Shown here piece after piece: positions 25,431 to 39,368 of a stretch of 64,000 bases of DNA. Below the pieces are notes generated by a model, which saw nothing but the letters and a program-made list of their open reading frames with translations, searched no databases and was not told where the DNA came from. The stretch is from Trichoplax adhaerens. Taxonomy: Eukaryota; Animalia; Placozoa. Position 1 is the stretch's first letter. Each line of letters opens with the position of its first letter. The translations under genes and the position numbers were made by a program. Location of the stretch: contig NW_002060946.1 in assembly GCF_000150275.1 (NCBI RefSeq), positions 4,793,454-4,857,453 on the forward strand, given 5' to 3'.

Positions 25431-28400
25431 AACGTGCTGAAACTTCTAACCTATGTCCTAGAATACATGAACTGCTTCTGAGGAGGGTGTTAAAGCAAAC
25501 TAAAACTACGGGATAGCTATAGTTGGATAATAGGGAGTTGAGCCCGCTGTCTTCCACAATCCTTGACCGAAACTAACGTCTGCAATAATTTACAGTTGTA
25601 CACTCTCTCTATACACGTATGCACTGTACAGTATATTTCAGATGGTACACGACAGTCTCCGTTAGAGGACTTCATTTTTACATTAGGGGTAGGTTATTCT
25701 TGCTGTGAGTACTCAGTTATGCTTTATTGTGGTAGAAGAATCGCAATTGCACAGTTAGCCACACGTATCTACGACCAGAATAGCGCCGATGATAGGCAGA
25801 GATCTGCTAAATCGTTGACATATTGCTACGATTGGAATAGTGGATACTACTTGATAAACAAGTCTGCCAATCCGAGTAGAATTAGAGTAGATTGGGATCA
25901 AGTTAGAAGCTTACTAGCCCGTAGCACAAACCCATTCTATGTCGATATCAACAAGGTATTGTACACCATCTAATGCATGCAAAACTATGAAGTGGAGCTA
26001 TTCTCTTTCGGTCTACAAGTATGATGAAGGATTTGAAGGTATTCACCAACAGTCGATTATAGAAATAAAATTACGTCTTTGCATAATATATAGATAGAAA
26101 GTATTAAATCACAGCGCCAATCTCCCCATTAATGGCTATCAATTGCAGCAACATATTGCTAGTTCTAGGATTGTATAGATTGCTTACTATGTTATGCCTT
26201 GATGATATATTAAAATGTTAGTTACCGTTAGTAATTGCCAGATAAGATTATATAAAACTTAAAAGTATCACTTCGAGATGTCTCTGAATTAAGTCAAAAA
26301 GTGCTACGTTACTGAGAGAATTGAAAGCAGTAACTATAGTTCTATAGTATATCGAAGCAAAATCATTTAAAATTAATTAGACGCGATACATCAGGAATGG
26401 AAAAGTTGCAATGTATCATTAAAACAACATTAGCAACATAATTATTAAGGTCTAAAACCAATATTCAGGAACATGACAGTACATTCTTAGCTAGATTACC
26501 GATTTATCGAGAAACTTTTAAAAATACTCGTGTAGTTGAGTCTCATAAATATCCTACATTACGCCTAGTTCATCTAATTTATTGTTGCAGGCTGGAGAAC
26601 TGCCATCGTTCATTTTGTTACGAAGTTTACGATTATATTATCTGATACATACTTTATATAAAGACTGCGGGGGTAACATAACAGTAAAATTACCGGAACA
26701 AGGATCTATATTCATGCTTACTACTCTTGAACTTTGTCAGATGCCATTAGCCATGACCGTGGATCAAAGATCACTGCAATGCTGCTGCACCATATGACTT
26801 GATATCGTGTAAGATGTAAACATACGTATCCTCAACCAGGGACTACTAAAGTCCCTACCTCAACAGTGTATCAGCTATGATCATTGGTCAACGATAGATC
26901 AAGAACTAGACCTTGGACTTTAGATATACTCGTACTTCTATTCTGACAGATATACATATATTTGTAATAAATCTATCGTATTGTAGGTTTGTAATATTTA
27001 CAAAAAATTTACATACTCTTGATTACGATAGGACAACCTTAATTACACCTAGATGAAGAAATTATATCGTACGAGACTATATTTCAGAGCACAGAATAAA
27101 CATAAGTTTGGGTATCACAAGATAAGCTTCTTGTAGGTACACAATCAGTAATATTATATACCTACTGTAGTTGATACAGCACTTTATCAAAATTTTCTAT
27201 AAATATGAGAATATTCTTGGAATGAATATCATCCTTTACAATCCGACTTAAAAGTGTATCAATTTAAGAATCATAATATGATAACGCAGCGTTTGTTCCA
27301 CAATAGTCTAAAGCTAATAGAGTAACATCACACAAGCATAGATAGCGGAAGCTTGTTTAGCTTGTACCAAGAAACCCAAGATATTAATGTAAAATTGAAT
27401 AGAATAGAACTGACCAAATGCAGGATAATGGAATTCAGAATTCTCTTAAATTTCTTAGCATAGGCAGTCCAAGTTCAATTCATTTATCTCAATAATAGCA
27501 TAATGTTGACAACTTTGTTGATAAAGTGCTGCCAAAGATGTCCGAGAAATTATGACGATGTAATTGCTATTAAAACATACCTCAACTAGGGACTACTAAA
27601 GAAAGAACTCAACGAACTGAATTATTACCGTACCGTCAGAAATCAAATATTTTTACTCGAATATGGAAATAATGACAGAGCCATTTTTTAATGGCCAAGT
27701 TCTCCAAGGGAAATAGATGTAGGGCAAAGGAGTGTATTACCTGAATTGTTGGCATCCACATTAGAACTGGATATTACTTATCTACTGCTGCTTGATAGTG
27801 GATCATAGCAGCTAGTATAAATATATAAAAGACATAATTGTATAAATATATTGAGCGGGCTTGCTATCGTCTGAGCTTTGCCTAATACAATTGCAAGAAT
27901 GTAAATACTGTAGTGTGCTGTACATACAGGTTATCTACCCAAAACGATGGGAGGTCACAAGAAAGTTCCCAGTCCGTTACGGACGCAAACATATTCATCC
28001 ATGTAAGTATGAATTTTGAGCAAATAGTAGATAATTATTTGCCTAATGCCATCTCGCATCACTAATGTTATATGCTATTTTCACCTGTAATGCAATTAAT
28101 TGAAATTAAACCGGTGTCACGTTCTCAGATGGGAATGTCGTGAAAATTTTTAGTTTATTTAGATGAGTAGACGACAATACCTGAAGACTTATAAAGAAAG
28201 TACAGTACAGTGTTAACGCATAACTTGTAAATATCGAACGTAAATCAGTTGGACCTATATAAAAACATTAAACACTAGATATGATAAATGAAGATAGAAG
28301 TGATTGGTAATTTCTAAATATCGGAATTACGATACCTTAGGCGATATATTGGAGCTAATTTGAGAGTAATTGCATCATTTAGACGTCTTTTTGTTTTTAG

Positions 28401-31400
28401 ATCACGTAAATATCGCGAAGTAAAGCGTATAAACTATCTTACACATCTATACTAGACAATTTATGATAGTGCTGGCATAATGCCTACATTTATAAATGTA
28501 AATATGACACTAAAATTAAGGTCATGTAACTACATGTATCTTACTGTAACAATTGCTGCTAGCATTCCTGAAACGTATATCTTAGCACCCTATTGCTTGG
28601 ATAAAGATCATTTACTAATAATTAATTAATCACAATTATATACATTTCCCTAAAGTAGCATTGCTTAATGTTACTAAATCTATGGAATAGCGCGCTTACA
28701 AATTTTGTTAATAGTAAGAAATATTGAAATTATTGTGAGCAACAAATATTTTTCAAATCATTTGTTCATCTATGGCATATTATTAATTTAGAGTAGAAGA
28801 ACTGAAAGCAAAAATTAAAACAATCAAGTACAGCATACCCGAGTAGTGGAGTAAGCTCTTCACAATCCTAATAATCGTATTATTTCTATAGCTCTTACCA
28901 TTGCATAGCCTTTTAAGAAATTATAGGGTTTCCAAATAGAATTCTTCTTGAGCAGTATCGTATTTGCTATATTAACTTATCTTAAATTATAGCCATATTA
29001 ATCATAACTGCAGATGCTAATTAATCTCAGTTTTCAGACATGATTATTATTATACTGTCAGCTATAATTAAGCATACTGAATAGTAACTCGTGATTACTA
29101 TCACTACTTCACTTACTCCATCAATCGAGCCCAATAATGTTATAGTCAATATAACTCTTTAGTTCTACATTTGGAAACAAGATGTATGTAAAATGTTAAA
29201 TACTGCAATTAACTAAATATATGGAATTGCTTAAAATATGCCTATCATATTTTATATGAATAATTATTAATGGCAGCTCAAAAATCGGTAATTAGGAACT
29301 GAACTGAAATGAGATGATGATGAGCCATAGGAAATATTCTTTCTTTAAAATCGACACAGCATAGTAGCATTATTACGGTATTGCTGCCCACCAATATCAC
29401 TCCTATAGCCTATTTATATTCTTTCTTATCAATTAATAAATTCAAAACAGTACGAACAGAAGTTGTTGATAGCTTCGAATGGCACCCGAAAATGTCTCTC
29501 AACAAGAAAAAAACAAAATTAATTTATACTGCTCGTATAAAACTACCAATCATCGGCACTACGATTTCTACGATGTTTACAGCCCTTATTAGCCTTTATT
29601 TTAGCTGTTTTCCTAGATTATTATTATTATTATTGCTTCAATGTGATTTGATGACTAAATATGTAAACCAGCAGCTTGTCCAGACAAAATTCTTTCTTTG
29701 ATTTATCGAGTTAAAATCAAAATAAAAACAATTTTGTACCACTGAGGTAACATGTGATTATTTATTTATTCAACCTTTAATTTTTGTCTCCACTATTATC
29801 TATTGGTACCATTTCAATTAGTCATATAGCCCCAACTATTATTATGCTCTCAGCTTATGGCCGCCATAAATTTTCTTGGATTTCCTAAAAAAGGTGTGCA
29901 TACGCGTATATGTCTAGCTAGAAAAATTAGACAAACAAGGAAATACTTTACCGTTTGATAATTTTAATTTGACAATCACTTGATGTAATCCATTCTCAAC
30001 ATTAGTCCCACAATTGTACTGTATTATTTTAGCTTTAAAAACCAACCTCAAAATTTATCAAGTTGATATAATTAATTCAATTTGCCAAACATGTCAATAG
30101 AATGTTGAATACAGTACTGTCTTGACTGCCTATAAACCATTCGTGTAAATATTTAATGACGACTCTTAGCTCTATTTGATAAATAGTAGGGCAACATAGG
30201 CACTTTTATAACCAAATTAGGCATAATTTTTAGAATGTAATTAGACCTATTTCCCTTCACAGTGCAATATTTATTCATTATATTGTTTATCTCACGAGCA
30301 ATACAAGGTATTATTAGCTTCTGTACTTTAAAATTCAATTACTAACTTGTTGGTTCTATGATTACTCCGATCGTCGCATAAAGATAAAAGCAATCGATTT
30401 CATCGACTGCATTGCCAATCAAGTTATTACTTCAGTTGTTCCCTAGTATAATGGTGAGTCAATCTTTCAATTTTATTTTTATCGATTCGAGTGCTTAAGA
30501 AACGGAAAAATCATAGTTGATCTCATTGTAACTTGGCAGAAACTAGGTCATTTTTCAAGTTCAATATTTTACCCCTAATTGTTCTGCTAGTATTGACATT
30601 TCTATTCTCAATAGGAGTTATTTACTGCACTTTTATTTTATGTAACCATTTCCAGATCTAAATCAGCGAATCCTTGCTGTCTATACTTGTTGTCACCTTA
30701 TTATGAAGACAATATTATTAATTTAAAAGTAGACTTGTTAACTTTATGTCATCATCTATCATAACTATATGAATTGCAGTCATATGACGAAGAATTCTTC
30801 CCACCTGATCTTGTTATATCCTTTCATATTTTACGTTATCGCGTTATTTAGTATTGTGTGAAATGGCTTACTATATTCGTCACAGTAAAAATAATAATTA
30901 TAAATTCATGGCACCACTTAGCACTATGATGCCTGATCATCACCGTCATGATACTAATTTTCTATGCTACAAGCAATATTACTCATCTGTCTAACTGATA
31001 GACAATGTAGCATTTGTAGGATATTAAAATCGCAATTTTTCAATATTATAGAAACAGTTCTTATTAAAATAGTTCATTATTAACTTAAATGCTCTTATTC
31101 TAAAACGCTCTCTTGTCGCCGCCATTTCTACGTGATTACCTTAAAATAATTACTTTTCATTCTATTGAAATTGAAGCTTTAGATTTCATCCAAGATGGTA
31201 AGATTTAAGAAAAGCAAATTTTTAATTAATTTAAATTATACTGATGTGCAAAAATATTCAAAGTCACAGCTATGGTTGTAAGTAGACTTTATACCAAAGC
31301 ACTAATGCCATAAATTTCCATTTTATGAGTCATATGGGTTCAACTAAAAGATAGACAAAAATTACATCCTCTTGAATCTTTAAGCTTTAAATTCTATAAT

Positions 31401-34400
31401 ATTATAATACAGAAAGATAATCATTTACTAGCAGAAAATATTTTGATATTTGAGAGAAATTGAGCGAAAAAATCAGAAAAGGCATTTCTTAGCGACTATA
31501 ATGCAATATATGACCTTTACTCTAATAACAGGGCTTTCTGCGTCTAAAATGCCAGTAATATCTGTAGATAGCATTAATAGTTACTTAATTATGTAGTAGA
31601 TTAATATCTTTGCCTAGTTAAAAGTTTTATGGATAAAATATATAACGAAAAAGGACCAAAAGAATAATTTTTTTACGTACAATAATATGAACTTTATTCA
31701 AGTATTTTATTACCTATTTCTATGTCCAAATTCTAATGATTATCGATGAAAGATTCATATCCATAGCCGCTCAACTTCTTCCGACTTATATTTCTTACCC
31801 TTTTACTTAAAATTTTAATATAAAAAAGACGTGCACAAGATATATCGTAGAGAAAGAGTTTAATCTACAATTTTCATGGATAAAAGCTTATCAAATCAGT
31901 TCTATCAGCATGGTACTCTCTTGATTGGCAAAGTTAGACTTTTACGATAACGTTAATTCCAATCTATAAGCCTACCATAAGCTACTCTTAAATTACTTTT
32001 TCAGTTCTTGCTAATCATTATAACTAGCTGAAACTCTTTGACATGAAGTTCTTTGTCATATCCTTTGAAAACATGACTTAAATTCATAAATTGTGTTCTG
32101 GTAACTTGTTGTACAAGCTGTTAATAATATTTTCGTTTCATCATTGGCTCATTAGTCATATTAGGTATATATAGATCATGATGAACTAAAATATCTGTGC
32201 GAAACAGAAAATTTTACACCTAATGATGTTCCCCTTTGTAATGGCTAGAAGTCATATCGCTATTCTTGCATAATTATATTTACAACACTTCATTATTGCT
32301 TATGGTTAGCAAGAATATTCCCATAGGGAACGGCTACAATACCTGGATATTAGACATAGTTAAGCAAGCTTATGCTTGACGAATTTGCTTGTACCGCATG
32401 TGGTCGTTAAATTACGAGTATAGCTTCAATTTCTCATTATGTCACAGCATCGACTAAATTGGCTCGAGTAGGATAAATTCTTTCTTAAACGAAAGTCAAT
32501 TTTTGCTTTATCATTTATTACACTGTTTATGACCTACTAAAGTTACATTTACTTTTCAGTAATTAATTAACTCCTTCAAAGTTAGACGTATATGACAAAG
32601 TTCAGAACTACTTGCTTTATTTCATCGAGTTGAGAGAAATTGGCCGATTGAAAATGTCTTCTGTAGTTCATGTACATATCGTCAGTGAAACTAAATAATC
32701 TATCTAAATAATGAAGTATAATCCTGAGAAGACTACTTAGAACTTTAGCTGAACAGATAAGATTTTCTCGCAATACTTTCTCCTACATCATTTTGCATAA
32801 ATTGATTAATAATGTCATCAGTATCCTTTACCCAGTTGCGCATTGCATAAATTTACATATATAAATATACCCGTACAGTCAGTTCTCAATAAAGAAGAAC
32901 TATATTCATGGCCAGCGGATTTTTTAATAGCACATTGCCGGCGTAGAACATAGGTAAAACGTCGCTTTTTTAGATCCTCTTGGCTTTCTAACTAAGTAAA
33001 GTTCTTTCAAGAAGTTACTTTAACTCAAATTGACCGGTAATAAAATCCTTGCTTGAAGTTGGATTACATTGTTCTAAATTTTCCCTAGCACCGCCGACAA
33101 ACTTTTCATATATTTGTTTGTTAATCACGATATGTACCGCACTATCTTGACCCCAATTTCATAAGATATTTTAGACGAATATTTACTTTTGACGGACCTC
33201 CATCAGAATCTGCTACTGTCCCACATCTTTCAGTTCTTTTCTCGTATCGGTTACTACGATCACTTTAACTTTAAGTTCTCTATCAAAATTCTAAACTGTC
33301 AAATAGGTAACTTTGATCATTTCTTATAAACAACACCACAATGAACGCTTTGATTTATAAAAACGCTCCAATTCTGACAATATAAAATTTCCTATTTTCC
33401 TTCATTCTCAATTTTAAATCGTTGAATTAAACAGCAACTACCCAGAAATAGATTCAAGAACATATTTTAATACCAAGGTCAAATGTTGAAATATTCTTCA
33501 TTGATAGCTGCCACTATCTGAGCTTTAGGTATGCTAGACTAGTTATTCTACAATTTATCAGATTTACACCGCTTATATCGCTTTAAAATCAACAAGACAA
33601 GCCATATGCCAGTAATTAATAAAAAAAAGTATATAAAGTGGCGTTTTTGAAATTTCGAATCCTTAGAATCAATTTGCCTGGGTATCTATCATATCTTATT
33701 ACCTAAATCAAATAACTTCCGTCATATTTTAAACACTTAAAGGTTGCCTCGTTATGAAAGAATTATTGGCTTCTTTCTTTCAATTTCTAAAGTATTTCTT
33801 ATTTTTAACTCTTCTTTTTAATCTACGTTTAGCAATAACAAAACCTCGCCTCTAGTCTTGACCTTAAGAACATAAAAGTTATCTTTTTTACTTAAAAATA
33901 ATCTTAATTCTTTTACCTACGAATTTTGAAAGTATTTATTATAATATTTTTTAACCTAGCAGTTATATGCTTGAACTAAGTGTTGCAGTCACATCTCTGC
34001 CCTGATTTTAAACTCCTAAATAAAAGTCGCCCTTTCGCTGAAACTCTATGGGTTTGCTCTTCAAGTTTAGGGAAATTTAATTTGTTAAATCTGTACCTCT
34101 TGCTTTTTATTGCTCAAACCATGTTTAATGTCACCCCTACTCTTTATTTTTAACACGTTATGACCGTTCTACTAAAGATGATTACTAATTCTTTTTCCGT
34201 CCGTTGTCGAAAATTTTTATCACATCTATATCTCACATTTATATTACCTAATTATAGCATAGCCCCTTATCTTTACTAAATTAGCTATAAATCAGCGCAT
34301 TACTTAAGGTTATGCTTTTTTCTTTCAATTTTTAAAACTATTAACTGCTGCTGATTATGAAGCTTGGGTATTGTCATGATTTTTACATTCATAAAATGTA

Positions 34401-34721
34401 AGATTTGTGAGATGGCTACCAATCACTGACATTAACCGTTATTTTTGCCTGATAAAAATATAAGCAAGTACATAGTCTATTCGTTATAACTTCTTGAAAA
34501 GACTAGCTATGTACGATATCTTTAATTTCTATCATTATAGTAATAATCAGTCACTAAAAATTTCGGTAATCCCAACCATTCTAGCGGTATAATGTAGCTA
34601 GTATTCAAGAATTTTAGGTTTGTTCTGACTAAAGCTTTGTTAATATCTAATCAAGTCTATCTGTTTATGGTGAATTTTTCGGCTAATGTATAGTTGTGCA
34701 GCGCTAAAATAATTTCTGCCA

Positions 34722-37700
34722 ATGGCCGAAAGCAATTCATTGCCTAGTGGAGGCAGACGCAACAACAAAAAATTAAGCTGTATCGATCATACATACTTAC
34801 AAACTTCAGACAACGATACTAGCCATCATCGATCTTATTCTTTCGACGAAAACATGAATCATCCTAGAGAATCTGATGTACCGGAAAGAACTTACCGGGT
34901 AAGCATTTTGAAGATAGTGAAAAGTGATCTCTATGACACCTTTTCAATCAGTAATTTACGATGTTTAAGATTAGAATTCCCCTGTTTAATGCCCATTTTT
35001 GTTATTGAAAGTATACAAATGCATAAAATGCTTCTAATAATCGATCAATCTTTTAGTCTAATACTACGGCCAGCACTAGAAGAGAGCGCGTCAAACGGCA
35101 ATTACGAGAAGCAAGTGAAAAAGTAGATAACTTAGAACGAAAGTATTCTCATCTGCATAGAAGAAACGACGAAGTAAAACACCTTTGCAGAATGGAATCA
35201 TTTATTCTTAGTATTAAGATCAATCATGCTACCAGCACAGTACTAAAAAATGTTCCATTGAAATGTTTTTCTGTCATATTTTATAGTTGGCAATTTGTAC
35301 GAGACAACTAGATGAGACTTATGAAGCTATTGAGATCAATCAAAATAAAGCAAGAGCTAATTTAGAGAAATTGCAGCGTGTTACCGAGAAATCAGGGCTA
35401 TTTCGCTCTTATAAGTAAGCGTTATATACTTTTAAATTCTTCTTTACTTTGAAAGAATCTTAAGTATTTCTTTTTTTTATGTTGGATAGTTTTAATGATG
35501 CTAAAATTGAAAATAGTTACGTGTAATGCAGTCGTTTGGATGTATAATTTAAGTGTTCTATTACTGTAGACAAGTAGAAGTGAAGCAGGGATTATTTAAT
35601 GGACCATTTTTTTCTAATTCGCTATTTTACTTTCTACCCTTGGTGAAGATCTTTTTTACATACCTATTTTACTGAAACTTTTATGTTTACTTTGCTATAA
35701 GTCGCCCTATTGTCCTACAGAATCGTTTATACAGTACAAATAGCCTGAAATACTTAATATACTGCTGGCATGAAGGAGGAATTATCATCTTCCCGATATA
35801 AAGTGAACAATCAGACTCGATTACATTCTCTAAAAGTCTTTTAATTCCTTATGCTTAACTAATGTCTTTCTAATCGTTAGTTTAATATACTTACCGCTAT
35901 ATTCAATCTGTACATGTAGATAGTTTACTCAAGGGATTCAGTAGCAGCTGCAATATAGCAGTGATGTAGTTTCGATATAAAATATTGTAAGGAAGACTGG
36001 GAATTTATCACTGACTATAGAGTAGAGCAGTTCGAGCTTACGAATGAATTATTTCCCCACTATAGTTTTACTCTCTACTATGCCCTCACGGCTGTTGTAC
36101 TTCTCCATTTCTGCTTATTTTAATATCATCCTTTTTCTGCAGCATCTTCAGAAATTGCCTCAGTTCATTTTTAATTTACTTTTTCATGTAAAAACACTGC
36201 AGACATTAATTCAGTTTTCGATTTGATTTATAACTTGATATTCAAAGAAGGCGAGCGTTACTTATAGTACAAGAAACTCGAGTATATGCCAATGTCAATG
36301 GTCGATCTTATATCCACTTACTGTAATCTATTAAGTATTCTAATTTTGATATTTTTGACCTGTTCCAAATGATATTCCGGCGATATGACCGTATCATCAT
36401 AGAAAGTGAAATTTTGAATTTAGTAAAGCTATAACCTCAGAGTGCAGACTCAATCTACTAGTTATATACTTAATGGTCAAGGTTATTTACCTTCTTATAA
36501 ATGCTAGTACAATAACATTTATATACGGTTGTGATTTAGATTGATTTGTAATTTGATAATATAATTAGCGTACTTTGTATTAGCGATTGCTATAATTCCC
36601 GGGGGTAGCTAGTTTTTATTAAATCAAAACTTTCTTCAATTGGTATTTTTGGTCTTAATAAGTTTACAAAACACGACAGGTAAATTTCAATATCTAATTT
36701 CTATTACGTCATTAGCAATTCTTCGAACGAAACAGAAAATCGATCTCAGCGACTTCGACAGCAGTACACTTTAGACTCTTGCAGCAATCTGGGATCAATG
36801 CGAAGTGGTGGATTATATCGAACAAGTAGCGAGATGAGTATTCCAAGAAGTCAAGCGCATTCTCCTACGGCAAGTACAATTTCTGATATGACGACAAATG
36901 CGGAAGAAATGACTTGGGAAGAGTTAACTGATGAATTAGAATTTCAAAAAAATAGAGTAGGTCTTATCCTTTCATTTAGCGGATACTTCATATTAACTTT
37001 ATAATAAATGAGTCATTATTATTATAACAGCAAAACATGATCAGTAAAACTTTAAGGATTTAGATTATGGTGTTCTTAGTCATTTAAGATTGTGTCTGTA
37101 TTTATTGTAATAATAACTAATATGTAGTCAGTGTTTTATATGTAAGCTAAAAGAATTAATATTTAATATTTAATGCGCATTTACATATCGATAAGATATG
37201 AATTTGGAAACTTTACCCTTTCTTTTTTAACCCTATTAGGTAGCATTCTATGAAAATAACTACAGAAATGAGAAGATGGACAGACAACGTGCAATGACTG
37301 ACAAGGAAGTCTTTAAGTTCAAATTAGAGAAAGCAAATAGTAAAATTGATGACCTGAAAAAGAAGGTATAAATAAAGACCTATTTCATCTATTTAATCTC
37401 CTATTTGAGCATAAAGTATCAGTTTATAACTTTAGATTCTGTTGCTCGCTTTATGTTACTTCTGTTAGGTGGAAAATCTAGACAGCGAGTTAAAAAATGA
37501 ACGCGATAAAAATAGATTATTAAGACATAAGGTAAGTTATTCATTTATTTACTATAAATACTTTACATCAATTCCTGTAGTATCCATATTCAAGAGTTAA
37601 ATTTCTGTTCTTACTAGCATTAAATAAGAAAGGTTATGATATCAGTTATTTTGTATTTACTGCCTTCCTTGATAGCATCTATAGTCTAATAGTGATCGCA

Positions 37701-37744
37701 TTTTTTATATACAGTTACTTCAACTAGGCATCGTCGATTTCTAA
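34722..37744 (+). CDS. Coiled-coil protein with a divergent UBAN/CC2-LZ-like segment (possible TNIP/ABIN-NEMO-optineurin relative); 7 coding exons
   Basis: In-frame stop 12 nt upstream of the ATG. In-phase exons MAESN...RTYR | SNTTASTRRERVKRQLREASEKVDNLERK... | LAICTRQLDETYEAIE... | ...EELTDELEFQKNR | VAFYENNYRNEKMDRQRAMTDKEVFKFKLEKANSKIDDLKKK | VENLDSELKNERDKNRLLRHK | LLQLGIVDF*. The gene model is solid; the family call is by eye. Confidence 0.7.
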
Positions 37745-39368
37745 GTTACCCAAAGCTGGGAAGCTTGACTGCTTTTATTTTATTTCGTCAATAATTCTAT
37801 GTAGAATAGTTAAAGTTTCACTGTACAATCGCGTTGTACTCGATAACTATGTTATTATAGTAACTACCTACGATTAGAAGCAATGTAAGTAGCAGATGTA
37901 ATCAAAATTACTGCAGTTTCGTGAAACTGTAACACTTAATTAACTGAATCGACATCTGTCGTGAAAGCAAGAATGGAGCTAAGCTAGCAAATATTGATAT
38001 CAGTTACCATATTTCAATTATTCCATGTTAACACAGCTGTTTTGTACAATATCAGTGCCATTTTATTCTAGAAACTTTAATTTAAACGTTTCAAAATCTA
38101 GCCTATATCTCATGAATTGCTTCTAACGGTATCATATTGGAAAGATTAACTAAATTGTAAAGAACTCTTCTATTTAACTATGTAATATTGTTTTCAGCGA
38201 TTAGCTTTTTCTATTCAACTACTTCATAGGGTATAACGCGATTTTTTGCTTTGCTTTGAGATTTGGTTAAATCAGTAAATTAGTGCATATATGATGTTCT
38301 AACAGAGCAAAATGCCATCAAAATTTTTTTACACCTTTAAGAAAATCTCTGCTAAATATGCGCGATAACAACGTTCGTTATTATCGTGTATGCAAGCCAA
38401 TCTTGAGCTACGCACAATGATATTTTTTATGGTTTCTAATTTGCTGAAACAGTGATAGCTTTACTTTGCAAACGATTGGTTATTGATAATGTCGATTTCA
38501 TCCAATCAAGAACTTCTAAATGCTCCTGTAAGACTTTGTGGATTAAGGATACATTTACTAACAATTGAACAAGTTAAGAAACAAATAAAATTTAGACTTT
38601 TCTTCGTTAATAATGCTGTCATTAAGGATAGTTGCAACTAGTCATACTAATACAATTGAAAGAATATGGCCTCATTTTATAGAAGTTGAAGGGTCTTATG
38701 TTATCAATATGGTATCACGTTTGGTGCGGGATATAAATCTGCTCTTAAACACAATTCATATAGATAAGAGAGAATATCCAGCTCCTAATGCCAGTATTCT
38801 AATATCTCTAGTAATCGTAAAGAGTGTATCTCTTCAAGTTAATTACAGTTCATTTCGTAAGATACGATTCGATACGGATAGAAGGTTGTAGTTTATAAGC
38901 ATGATTGCTTTTATATCGACAGATTATTATCGGCGAATAGTTTCCAAGCGACTTACAACAATTTAAAACGCTTATGATACTGTATGATAATAGTTCAAGT
39001 AGATATTATGTTTTATACCACCTCTAGAATGGAATTTAAACTCGTAGATTTACCTTAAACTGAGATGTAAAAACAGAAGAAACGGACTAATAATATAACG
39101 ATAGGTAAATTGTGATATATAGATAAGATATATAACTCTAGTAATTGACAAATATAATGAATAGCTAGCTCTAAATACAGAACGAATGATGAGTTACTAT
39201 GTTGCAATAAATCATAGTACACTTTTACAGTTTAAGAAAGTCTCAATACCGGCCATCATTGTTAGAGAGTAATATATAGTACAACTAGAATACATAATGG
39301 TTGAAGCACTTAGCTACTAAAAGTAAATGAGAATACTGCAAACGAAAAATCGAATGCCATTCAAAAAA

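Noticed and set aside
25563-25973. 136-aa ORF in the gene-poor interval
   Set aside because: TTG start, no recognisable motif, and no in-phase neighbouring exons found.
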